Assembly (NCBI RefSeq): GCF_000025945.1
Contig: NC_006138.1
Location: 3,000,001-3,032,000, forward strand
Source: Desulfotalea psychrophila LSv54
Lineage (GTDB): Bacteria > Desulfobacterota > Desulfobulbia > Desulfobulbales > Desulfocapsaceae
DNA length: 32,000 nt
Reading direction: 5' to 3'
The notes beneath the pieces were generated by a model that did no database searches, was not told the DNA's origin, and was given only the letters and a program-made list of their open reading frames with translations. Of the stretch, positions 8,152-15,953 are shown one piece after another. Numbering within the stretch: the stretch's first letter is position 1; every line of letters starts with the position of its first letter. The position numbers and the translations under genes were made by a program.

Positions 8152-9003
8152 ATGTTACCTATCACGAAAAACGAACTGAACCTCCTGGTTCAATATATAC
8201 ATGGCGCATCTGGTATCTCTCTAGATAGCAGTAAGGCATATCTCCTTGAGGCGCGACTCAGCCCTATTTTAAAAAAGAACGGCTTCCCCACCTATCTAGA
8301 TCTTTGCCATAAGGCAAAGCGTGACCCTAGCAAAAAATTAGAGAGAGAGATCATCGATGCTATCTCCACCAACGAAACCCTCTTTTTTCGCGACAAGGCC
8401 CCCTTTGAACTTCTCAAGAACAAGATATTACCTGAAATAATCGATGCACGTTCCCCCCAAAGTACTAGCCTGCCACCCTATATAAAAATATGGAGTGCAG
8501 CCTCATCCACAGGCCAAGAGCTCTACTCCATCGCCATAACAATACGTGAGCTTCTGGGCACTTCGAGCAAATATCGTTTCCATCTCCTTGGAACCGACAT
8601 TTCTAACAATGCAGTGAGCCAGGCATCCTATGGCAAATACAATAAGTTTGAGGTAGACAGAGGGCTCGATATCAACCAACGGAACAAATACTTTGTAAGT
8701 GATGGTGATAGTTGGAAGATCAAAGATGAAATTCGGGCAATGGTTAAATTTCAAAAATTTAACCTCATGCAGCCCCTCACCTCTTTAGGCAAATTCGACA
8801 TAATTTTTTGTCGAAACGTAGCTATTTACTTCTCTGCTGAAGACAGAAGAAAACTTTTTGCCAAGCTCGAAATGTCTCTGGCAGATGATGGCTTTTTAGT
8901 AATAGGCTCTACTGAATCCCTCTCTGGAATTGCAGATCAATTTATACCAAAACGCCACATGCGATCTATTTTCTACGAAAAGGCAGGTAAAGCAAAAATT
9001 TAA
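8152..9003 (+). CDS. cheR: chemotaxis protein methyltransferase CheR
   Basis: 283 aa. N-terminal helical CheR domain (ETLFFRD) and SAM-binding region IWSAASSTGQELYSIA...DIIFCRNVAIYF. Confidence 0.9.
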   Translation: MLPITKNELNLLVQYIHGASGISLDSSKAYLLEARLSPILKKNGFPTYLDLCHKAKRDPSKKLEREIIDAISTNETLFFRDKAPFELLKNKILPEIIDARSPQSTSLPPYIKIWSAASSTGQELYSIAITIRELLGTSSKYRFHLLGTDISNNAVSQASYGKYNKFEVDRGLDINQRNKYFVSDGDSWKIKDEIRAMVKFQKFNLMQPLTSLGKFDIIFCRNVAIYFSAEDRRKLFAKLEMSLADDGFLVIGSTESLSGIADQFIPKRHMRSIFYEKAGKAKI

Positions 9004-9079
9004 TCACAGTTAGACCAGAACAAAAAGACTCATCTCTCCACTCTGATCTAACCTCTTGCAGGCCGATATGCTAGCCAGT

Positions 9080-10321
9080 TTAATTCTGAAGCATAAAGGA
9101 GGGCGCTGTAACCCCAACAGCATCCGTCTGCAGAACACCATCCATTTGAGTATCTTCCAAATTAGCCCCTGTAAGATCGGCCCCACGAAGGTCGCCCTTA
9201 TAGAGGTCCGCCCGACGAAGATCAGCCCCGGTCAAATTAGCCCCACGCAGATTAGCCCCACGCAGGTTCGCATCTGCCAGGTCTGCCTCCGCAAGATTCG
9301 CACCACTAAGATCTGCCTGTTCCAGATCTGCACCAGTTAGTGATTCTCCCGAGAAATCAAGCCCGGCAAGATCACACTGGTAACACTCTCCAGCCTCTAC
9401 CACCTTTTCAATAAAGTTCCTTGCTACCTCTTCGCTTGCAAGGGTTTCTACCACAACAGAATCCGTTACTTGCAAAACAGGCTCTTTTGTCGAAACCATA
9501 TCCTCCTCAACAAAGCTAGTCCCTGAACTTTGAACAGGAGTCGCCTCGGCACCATCTGCAACAACGGCAGCACCCGTAGCGACAACGGCTATGGGGGCAG
9601 CAATTGCATCTACCTGCACGGTTCGCCCTTCTCTCAGAGGCTCGGGCACAGGAGCAGGTTGAGCTGCAGGCGCCGGAGTAACAGTCACCTCAGCCACAGA
9701 ATTTGATTGAACAGCTTTTCCTAGCTCAACAGATTTCTGCCCTGCAACAATAACAGGTACAACTGCCTCCTCACCTACCTGCACAGATCTGCCCTCTGTT
9801 TCCGGGGCGGAATCCTTGAGAGCAACAGCATCTGAGGCTGCCACAGCAAGCGGCTGAGATGTCGTTGCAATAGGAGGACTAGATTGAACAGCAACCTCAC
9901 TCCCCGCCTCAGCAGATTCCTGCTCGACGGCAACGGCTAGGTTAAAATCACCGGGAAAGACCAGACCAGCTGTATAGGCCCCGGAAAAATTGGCCCCGGC
10001 AAGACTCGCCCCCGTTAAATCCGCATCACCAAGATCAGCTCCGCCAAATATGGCCCCCTGTAAATTACAGTTCCGTAAATTGGCTCCTGAAAGATCTGCT
10101 AAGAAAAACTTCGTCTGAGAAAGATCAGCCCCCTCTAAATTAGCACCTGCCAACTCTGCTCGGGTAAGATCGACACCGGCCAAATCACAACCCGGACAGG
10201 CTTTCGTCTGCAAAAGTTGCTCTATTGCCGTATCCCCCTGGGCAAAACAGCTCGATGCCCCAGAGCAAACAGCAAATATACAAATTCCCGCCAGAGCCTT
10301 CCATCTATTTATTGCTTTCAT
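9080..10321 (-). CDS. secreted bipartite pentapeptide-repeat protein
   Basis: The preferred start is the ATG at 10321 (MKAINRWKALAGICIFAVCSGASSCFA, signal-peptide-like); the track's start at 10420 adds 33 non-signal residues. There are two pentapeptide-repeat blocks of A(D/N)LxG type, such as ADLSGANLAEADLADANLRGANLRGANLTGADL. Each block is preceded by a CxxC motif (ACPGCDLAG, nt 10187-10198; ECYQCDLAG). The blocks are separated by an Ala/Val/Pro/Glu/Ser-rich linker of about 190 aa. Confidence 0.8.
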   Translation of the reverse strand: MKAINRWKALAGICIFAVCSGASSCFAQGDTAIEQLLQTKACPGCDLAGVDLTRAELAGANLEGADLSQTKFFLADLSGANLRNCNLQGAIFGGADLGDADLTGASLAGANFSGAYTAGLVFPGDFNLAVAVEQESAEAGSEVAVQSSPPIATTSQPLAVAASDAVALKDSAPETEGRSVQVGEEAVVPVIVAGQKSVELGKAVQSNSVAEVTVTPAPAAQPAPVPEPLREGRTVQVDAIAAPIAVVATGAAVVADGAEATPVQSSGTSFVEEDMVSTKEPVLQVTDSVVVETLASEEVARNFIEKVVEAGECYQCDLAGLDFSGESLTGADLEQADLSGANLAEADLADANLRGANLRGANLTGADLRRADLYKGDLRGADLTGANLEDTQMDGVLQTDAVGVTAPSFMLQN

Positions 10322-10420
10322 ATATCGCTTTAATCCCCATTTATATTGTATATAAAACTTCCAACATTTACTTAGACAATGCACAGTAGTTATAACACAA
10401 AAGCACCATGAATTACTCAT

Positions 10421-10912
10421 CTATTTATGCTTCCAACGCCATGGACTCACCGGATTTTTCTCCTTCCAGAGCCCCCATCTTTTCCTGCGGGCCTCTTTCT
10501 CTAATTTTTTCCAGGAAGCACAGATTTTTTTTCGGCAGTAACGAGGATAAAACCAGGAATAGCCCTTTTGTACCAAGACCTCGTTTATAATTCGACCATT
10601 TCTCTTAACAAGCACCACGGCCCTGCCATAACGATCGTAATCATAAACAGTGTAAGAAACTCTCTTCCGTAAAATCGACTGAGACAAATACTTTTTTGCC
10701 AAAAAAGCATCCTTTTGGTTCCACTCCGGGCTATCTATGCCATAAAGTCGCATCTCTATCCGAGCGCCAGAACTATCGCGCACAATCAAAGAGTCACCAT
10801 CAATTATTTTCAATACAGTACCCGAAGAGGCCAAAAGAGAGGAGGGCAGAAAAAAGAGATACAAAAACAGATACGACACAATTCTCAGTATAACGATCTT
10901 AATTATTCTCAC
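10421..10912 (-). CDS. secreted staphylococcal-nuclease (SNase/thermonuclease)-like nuclease
   Basis: 163 aa with a GTG start and GGAGGGG RBS. The N-terminus is hydrophobic (signal peptide or anchor). The pattern IDGDSL...MRLYGIDSPE...DRYGRAVV...VLVQKGY aligns with SNase IDGDT...FRLLLVDTPE...DKYGRGLAY, so the Ca-binding Asp residues, the catalytic Glu and both Arg residues appear conserved. Confidence 0.8.
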   Translation of the reverse strand: MRIIKIVILRIVSYLFLYLFFLPSSLLASSGTVLKIIDGDSLIVRDSSGARIEMRLYGIDSPEWNQKDAFLAKKYLSQSILRKRVSYTVYDYDRYGRAVVLVKRNGRIINEVLVQKGYSWFYPRYCRKKICASWKKLEKEARRKRWGLWKEKNPVSPWRWKHK

Positions 10913-11221
10913 CCCTCCTCTCGCAAATTAACAGCCTACCCTATCGAGCTTTATCCAAAGACCAATAGAGCCATTACCAGACAGGCCCAGATGACGAAAG
11001 TCATTTTTTTGTCTTAAGAAGAAAGGCCCTTATTTTTTCATCATAGTGTCAAGAAAACCTACATTCCACCGGCATCTCTTATTTATGTTAAAACATTATT
11101 GTTTTTTTAACACGCCCTTGATATATTAGCGTCAATTGTACGACTTATCTTCCCCCTCGGCAGGACGCAAAAACTACTTACATTTGTTATACTTTTAAAA
11201 AAAATAGCTACAAAGGTTGTT

Positions 11222-12817
11222 ATGATTTGCCCTCACCAATTTCTCGTCGCAGACAATGATCCCCAAGGCATACTACTGCTCGAACAACAGCTACAACGAG
11301 ACTGTTCGTGTACTCTACAATATGTCCATAATCAGGATAGATTAGAAGAATTAGCCTACAATCAAGACATTCATATTCTTTTTTATGATCTAAAGTTCCC
11401 CTCAGAGACAGATCCTATTACCAAATTAGGCCAGCTACAGCATAAATTTCCACACCTCACCATCGTTCCTCTTATCTCAGCAGGCATGGATATATTGGTC
11501 AAGGAAATTTTAGGGCTGCAACTCTTTTTCTATATTCCTAAGCCACTGGATTATTCTGAGGTAAGCATCACCGTACGCAGAGCCCTGGAGACAAACTCCA
11601 TCAACCGAGGGGCCAACAGGGAGCAAGAGAATATCAAGGCCAAGCCCCACAGCTTTGAGGGCATGACTGGTGATAGCATCCCCATGCGTCAACTATTTGA
11701 CCTCATAAGTCGCATTGCAGACGATGATTACTCTACGGTACTCATCCGGGGGGAATCCGGGACAGGCAAAGAGATGGTGGCAAAGGCCATTCACCAACAG
11801 AGCAAAAGACGTAAACGTAATTTTGTCCCGGTAAACTGTGCAGCTATTCCCGAGGAGTTACTTGAAAGTGAACTCTTCGGCTACAGCAAAGGAGCCTTTA
11901 CAGGGGCTACAACAAACAAAATTGGGCGAATACAATACGCTGACAAGGGTACTCTTTTTCTTGATGAAATAGGTGATATGAAACCGTCTCTCCAAGCCAA
12001 GCTTCTCCGAGTGCTTCAAGAAAGAGAATTTGAGCCTGTAGGTGGTCTCAAGGCTACTCCGGTTGACACACGAATTCTCGCCGCAACCCACTGCAACCTT
12101 GAAAAACTTGTCGAGCAGGGACGTTTTCGGGAAGATCTCTACTATCGACTCTCGGTCATCCCTCTCAATATTCCACCACTACGAGAGAGAAAAGAGGATC
12201 TACCCCACCTCGTCAGCCTGTTCGTGGAAAATTATAGCCTTAAAAGGGGGCGAGATCTCTTTTCCTTTTCCCGCAGGGCCCTAGACACCCTTGCTAGCCA
12301 CCAGTGGCCGGGCAATGTACGTGAGTTGGAAAATTTGATTCAACACATGAGTGTTCTGCATGCGGGCGCCATCATAGAATTTGATGATCTCCCAGAAAAA
12401 ATAAGAAATAGAGGCCTCTCCTCCTGCGAAACAGGCAGAGACGAACGGCAAGCCCTCTGGGCTAACAGCCACGTCCCTCCCGAAAAAAAACCCCCGCAAA
12501 TAGAACCTGAGAGGACAGAGCCCCCCCCTCCCAAAAAAATGCGTCCACCCATTGAAAAATCCTACCAAAATAAACCGCTACCTCTTACTGCCCCCTCAAC
12601 ATCAAGAAGTAATTCCTCCAGCCAAGGTAGTCCTTTTAGTTGTTGGGAAAACGGAAAAATTGACTTCAACGAGCTCGTAGAATCTTTTGAGAAACAACTC
12701 ATTGTCAGGGCCCTGAAGATTAGCAGTGGCAACAAAAAAGAGGCGGCCATACTGCTGGGCCTGAAAAGAACAACGCTGCTGGAAAAAATAAAGAAGAAGG
12801 GAATTTTTGTCCATTAG
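11222..12817 (+). CDS. sigma-54-dependent response regulator (NtrC family; probable flagellar activator of FlgR/FleR/FlrC type)
   Basis: The N-terminal receiver retains D11/D13, D56 (ILFYDLKFP) and K (IPKPLD). The AAA+ core has Walker A GESGTGKE, the GAFTGA loop (SKGAFTGA) and Walker B LFLDEIGD. The C-terminal Fis-type HTH reads NKKEAAILLGLKRTTLLEKIKK. A Pro-rich insert of about 90 aa lies between the AAA+ core and the HTH. The flagellar assignment rests on context: sigma-54 promoters occur in front of flagellar operons in this window. Confidence 0.85.
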   Translation: MICPHQFLVADNDPQGILLLEQQLQRDCSCTLQYVHNQDRLEELAYNQDIHILFYDLKFPSETDPITKLGQLQHKFPHLTIVPLISAGMDILVKEILGLQLFFYIPKPLDYSEVSITVRRALETNSINRGANREQENIKAKPHSFEGMTGDSIPMRQLFDLISRIADDDYSTVLIRGESGTGKEMVAKAIHQQSKRRKRNFVPVNCAAIPEELLESELFGYSKGAFTGATTNKIGRIQYADKGTLFLDEIGDMKPSLQAKLLRVLQEREFEPVGGLKATPVDTRILAATHCNLEKLVEQGRFREDLYYRLSVIPLNIPPLRERKEDLPHLVSLFVENYSLKRGRDLFSFSRRALDTLASHQWPGNVRELENLIQHMSVLHAGAIIEFDDLPEKIRNRGLSSCETGRDERQALWANSHVPPEKKPPQIEPERTEPPPPKKMRPPIEKSYQNKPLPLTAPSTSRSNSSSQGSPFSCWENGKIDFNELVESFEKQLIVRALKISSGNKKEAAILLGLKRTTLLEKIKKKGIFVH

Positions 12818-12888
12818 AAATGAACCGATTTAACAGACAGAAGCCTTTATTACAAAGACCTTGCCCCGTGACTAAATAAAGCCGCCAT

Positions 12889-14814
12889 CTAAGACACATG
12901 AGAGGTAATATTTCTATCAATGTTTTCTAAAATATCCTCCTGCCCCGCAGGAGTCAAAAGAATGTCACTCACTCCATACTTAACCGCTTTAAGCACCTTA
13001 GATTTTGTCCAGGCAGGCCCTGCAGCAATAAGGGGAAGTGAAGATCCCGTACTCACCTTAATGGCAAGGCCAAAGGCCTGCTCACTTAGCTCTGACATAA
13101 CAAGATATACGGCTTTTAATTTGACGGAGATATAGTCAAAGACATTATCTCCGAAGGTGATGTTAGACACCACATAGCCCCGTTCCTGAAGCACCTTTGC
13201 AATCTTCTCTGTTTCATGGCGTTCATCACTAATAAGCAAGACATCACAGCTACAGGATTGCCCGCCCCAGGAGCCATCTGCTGACACAGCTTCTGGTACA
13301 GCTGCCGCGCTCGCCGAAGTGTTTACCCCACTCCCTCTGGCTGCAGAGGACTTCTCAGGGGCAGCTGTGGCGGCGGATCTCGACAAGCCCCCGATCTCAA
13401 CAGGCGCAACAGACTCTTCAGCCTGCGCAGGAGCAATAAGCCCAAAGGCCTCGGCAGGAAAAAGCACATGCAAACGACCAAGGCCCTGATCATTTACCCG
13501 CAGTGCCATGCTCGTCACATAGTAGAGCTGATCCATAAAGGGTTGCTCGGCAGATATATCAACCTTAAGCGGTGCAACCTCAACCATCTCTCGACGAATA
13601 AGATGAACGTCTTCTCTATAATCATTCTTGAAGGCATTTGAATATACCCCATTGATAATATTGGCAATTTCTCCATAGGCATCCTGAGCATCATCGTCAA
13701 AATCTTCTTCTCGAACAACGATATCAAGCTCAGAGGGAGGAAGCATAATAAGGGCACCGCCCATATAGATGGCATCCTTGAGCGACAGAGCTAAATAACT
13801 ATGGCCAACAATATCTCCCGACATCTCTAAATCGGTAACAACCTGCTTTCCCTTAACAACATCAACAAAAAATGCCTCTTTACTGAGAAACGAATTTTGT
13901 AGGTCGCTGACAACAACAGTGGCCCCAAGCAAGGTGGAGAGCTCCCTGGTCATCTTCTCAAAACAATCGGAGAGCAGAGCGTCCATTCTCTTCTTGTTTT
14001 TCTTAATATCCATAGGGGGAGCGGGGGGGGAAGCAGACGGGGCGACATCTGAAGATGATGAAACTACTGGATCAATAACAGGCGAGACGACATCCGAAGA
14101 TGACGAAACTACTGGATCAAGAACAGGCGGGGCGACATCCGCAGATGACGAAACTACTGGATCAACAACAGGCGGGGCGACATCCGAAGATGACGAAACC
14201 TCGGGATCAATAACAGGCGAAATCTTATCAGCAGGTACTTCCTCGGCATCTAACTCAAGGGGGGCGGCAGGCAACAATAGAACCATCTGTCCCATCCCCC
14301 TATCACCAAGAGTAGGAGTGGCCAGAACCCGGCAGTAGAGCTGTGATAAAAAGCCGTCATCCCCCGTAGCATCTAACTTAAGAGGGGATATAAGCTCCAA
14401 ATCCTTTCGTACCATACGACAGGTTTTGGCATAATTTTCCTCAAACGCCTTACTATAAGAACCGGCAATAATATTTGCTATTTCACCGTAGGCATCTCCA
14501 ACATCGGCGCTATAATTATCCTGAGCAACCACCTCTTCAAGTTCTGCCGTCGGCAACATGATAAGGGTGCCACCAAGCAAAATGGCATCTTTCACCCGAA
14601 CGAGGAGACAACCACTACCCTCAACCTCACCGACAAGATCAAGATGAGAAAGCACATAGCGCCCAGAAAGATCTGCAAGGACCTCCTCTTTTGTTACCAG
14701 GGACGTGGCAAAGCCAGAAAGAGAAAAAGAGGCTCCAAGCAGTGCAGCAACATCTTTTTGCACATACGCCTGAACCTCTTCTAAAATTTTTTCTATTCGC
14801 TCTCGTTGATTCAT
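12889..14814 (-). CDS. two tandem CheX/CheC-like phosphatase modules plus a C-terminal pseudo-receiver
   Basis: 641 aa. Modules at aa 1-190 and 268-460 are paralogous. Each has a D-x3-E-x2-N motif (DAYGEIAN at nt 14473-14496 and 13660-13683), the CheC/CheX/FliY active-site signature. The C-terminal 115 aa are receiver-like, but Ser replaces the phospho-Asp (VMSEL, nt 13093-13095) and Thr replaces the conserved Lys (LLTP). Confidence 0.75.
   Translation of the reverse strand: MNQRERIEKILEEVQAYVQKDVAALLGASFSLSGFATSLVTKEEVLADLSGRYVLSHLDLVGEVEGSGCLLVRVKDAILLGGTLIMLPTAELEEVVAQDNYSADVGDAYGEIANIIAGSYSKAFEENYAKTCRMVRKDLELISPLKLDATGDDGFLSQLYCRVLATPTLGDRGMGQMVLLLPAAPLELDAEEVPADKISPVIDPEVSSSSDVAPPVVDPVVSSSADVAPPVLDPVVSSSSDVVSPVIDPVVSSSSDVAPSASPPAPPMDIKKNKKRMDALLSDCFEKMTRELSTLLGATVVVSDLQNSFLSKEAFFVDVVKGKQVVTDLEMSGDIVGHSYLALSLKDAIYMGGALIMLPPSELDIVVREEDFDDDAQDAYGEIANIINGVYSNAFKNDYREDVHLIRREMVEVAPLKVDISAEQPFMDQLYYVTSMALRVNDQGLGRLHVLFPAEAFGLIAPAQAEESVAPVEIGGLSRSAATAAPEKSSAARGSGVNTSASAAAVPEAVSADGSWGGQSCSCDVLLISDERHETEKIAKVLQERGYVVSNITFGDNVFDYISVKLKAVYLVMSELSEQAFGLAIKVSTGSSLPLIAAGPAWTKSKVLKAVKYGVSDILLTPAGQEDILENIDRNITSHVS
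14038..14222 (-). repeat. 45-bp in-frame tandem repeat, about 4 units
   Basis: Period 45 is shown by GACATC anchors at 14044, 14089, 14134 and 14179. It encodes DP(E/V)VSSS(S/A)DV(A/V)(P/S)PV(V/L/I) four times. It is flanked by a G8 run at 14023-14030. Confidence 0.9.
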
Positions 14815-14896
14815 AGTTGTTATTTTTTATTATCCGATACCCTGAAACAGGCAATCACCCACTACAAAATGTTTACAGCGAAACCCTTTTAATACA

Positions 14897-14923
14897 ATAT
14901 CGGAATATAACGAGACTTCTTTA
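14897..14923 (-). promoter_or_regulatory. sigma-28 (FliA)-type promoter for the 641-aa CheX-like gene
   Basis: The minus strand reads TAAA (rc of 14920-14923), a 15-nt spacer, then TCCGATAT (rc of 14897-14904), compared with the consensus TAAA-N15-GCCGATAA. It lies in the 160-bp gap between the cheX stop and the 641-aa gene start. Confidence 0.55.
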
Positions 14924-14974
14924 CCTGTTTCTCGCCAAGACAACATACAGAGATTTTAAGAAAAAAATTCCCCT

Positions 14975-15427
14975 CTATTTCTGCAACTGGCAATCAATAG
15001 CAAAAATCCCTGCATCGACCTTGAAATAAACCACCGTCCTATCATTGTCCCCAGTAGAACGAAAGTCATAGGATTGGCCAGAGATGGTTGTTGGAATTGA
15101 CAGCTCAATATCCCGGCCATTCTCCGCCAGGACAGACTTTATCTGTCCACCGAGCATATTGGCAAGCTCACCGATGGCATCCTCTACATCTTCGTTAATC
15201 TCAGTTACATCCATCATAATAAAACTGCTCGTCACCGCAAGGGCAACGTTCTGAGGCATATGAACAGCAATCATCCCCTTACGAGCCCCAGCAAAACCAA
15301 CCATGGCTGAGATGCTTTTAGTAAGTGGCTCCAACTCAAGAGCAACATCGCTTGGTTCTACCGGCATCATTACCATTGAAGAAAAAATTGCGTCAACCGC
15401 AGATACTATATCGCCTTTTAAATCCAT
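14975..15427 (-). CDS. cheX: CheY-P phosphatase CheX
   Basis: 150 aa with a single D-x3-E-x2-N motif (DAIGELAN) and a Pro 22 residues downstream (ELSIP). The size and single-site layout are typical of CheX. It starts 15 nt after the cheY stop. Confidence 0.8.
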   Translation of the reverse strand: MDLKGDIVSAVDAIFSSMVMMPVEPSDVALELEPLTKSISAMVGFAGARKGMIAVHMPQNVALAVTSSFIMMDVTEINEDVEDAIGELANMLGGQIKSVLAENGRDIELSIPTTISGQSYDFRSTGDNDRTVVYFKVDAGIFAIDCQLQK

Positions 15428-15442
15428 TTTGCCCTCTTCTTA

Positions 15443-15814
15443 CTATAGCAGTGGCCCTAAGACCTTGTTAACGATATCGGCAGTAAATGGCTTCTTAATT
15501 GCGCCAACAGCACCAAGACCTCTTGCCTCACCAATAATATCCTCACCTGTTTCCGTTGATATCATCAGCACAGGAATATCTTTCAACGCCGGTCTGGTAG
15601 CCTTTTCACGTAAAAAGGCTATACCATCCATATTGGGCATATTGATATCACTGAGAACAACAGCTACCTCTTCTTTTTCCAAAATAGCCAAAGCCTCCAG
15701 ACCATCGGCTGCTTCAAATATTTCATCAAAGGCAATTCCAGCCTGACGTAAAGAACGACCAATAATTTTGCGCATAGTACTTGAATCATCTACGAGTAAT
15801 ACGTTTTTTCCCAT
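15443..15814 (-). CDS. cheY: chemotaxis response regulator CheY
   Basis: 123-aa single receiver domain: LLVDDSSTMR, phospho-acceptor in VLSDINMPNMDG (D56), ISTE, KKPF. Confidence 0.9.
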   Translation of the reverse strand: MGKNVLLVDDSSTMRKIIGRSLRQAGIAFDEIFEAADGLEALAILEKEEVAVVLSDINMPNMDGIAFLREKATRPALKDIPVLMISTETGEDIIGEARGLGAVGAIKKPFTADIVNKVLGPLL

Positions 15815-15922
15815 TTTTTATCTCCATAATATAACCATTACTGACAGTAACAACCCTTTGAGATCGCATGTTATTTTTTTTGTCACAAGCTCAACACTGC
15901 AGTTTTTTTGACATTTTCCAAT

Positions 15923-15949
15923 TAATTCCACACCCAAAAAAGCCGATAT
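15923..15949 (+). promoter_or_regulatory. sigma-28-type promoter candidate upstream of the TPR gene
   Basis: TAAT (15923-15926), a 15-nt spacer, then GCCGATAT (15942-15949), compared with TAAA-N15-GCCGATAA. Confidence 0.45.
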
Positions 15950-15953
15950 GAAA

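Noticed and set aside
9062-9069. GCCGATAT, a sigma-28 -10-like box after cheR
   Set aside because: No TAAA-like -35 box lies 15 nt upstream (CTGA instead). It points into the 3' end of the convergent pentapeptide gene.
12818-12888. Search for a bidirectional terminator between the convergent activator gene and the 641-aa gene
   Set aside because: Only a 7-bp AT-rich inverted repeat (CTTTATT/AATAAAG) with a 23-nt loop is present, which is too weak to call.
14038-14222. Regularly spaced direct repeats, checked as a possible CRISPR array (also 25877-25972)
   Set aside because: The units are contiguous with no unique spacers, have periods of 45 and 21 bp, lie in frame inside long ORFs and encode peptide repeats. 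No cas genes are present.
13919-14338. 139-aa plus-strand ORF with DDETTGS repeats
   Set aside because: It is the antisense reading of the 45-bp coding repeat in the 641-aa gene and has no independent support.
15815-15900. Attempted cheY promoter: TTGTTA-N16-TATTAT on the minus strand
   Set aside because: The predicted start site would fall inside the cheY RBS, and no convincing sigma-28 or sigma-54 element was found. The cheY promoter is left unassigned.
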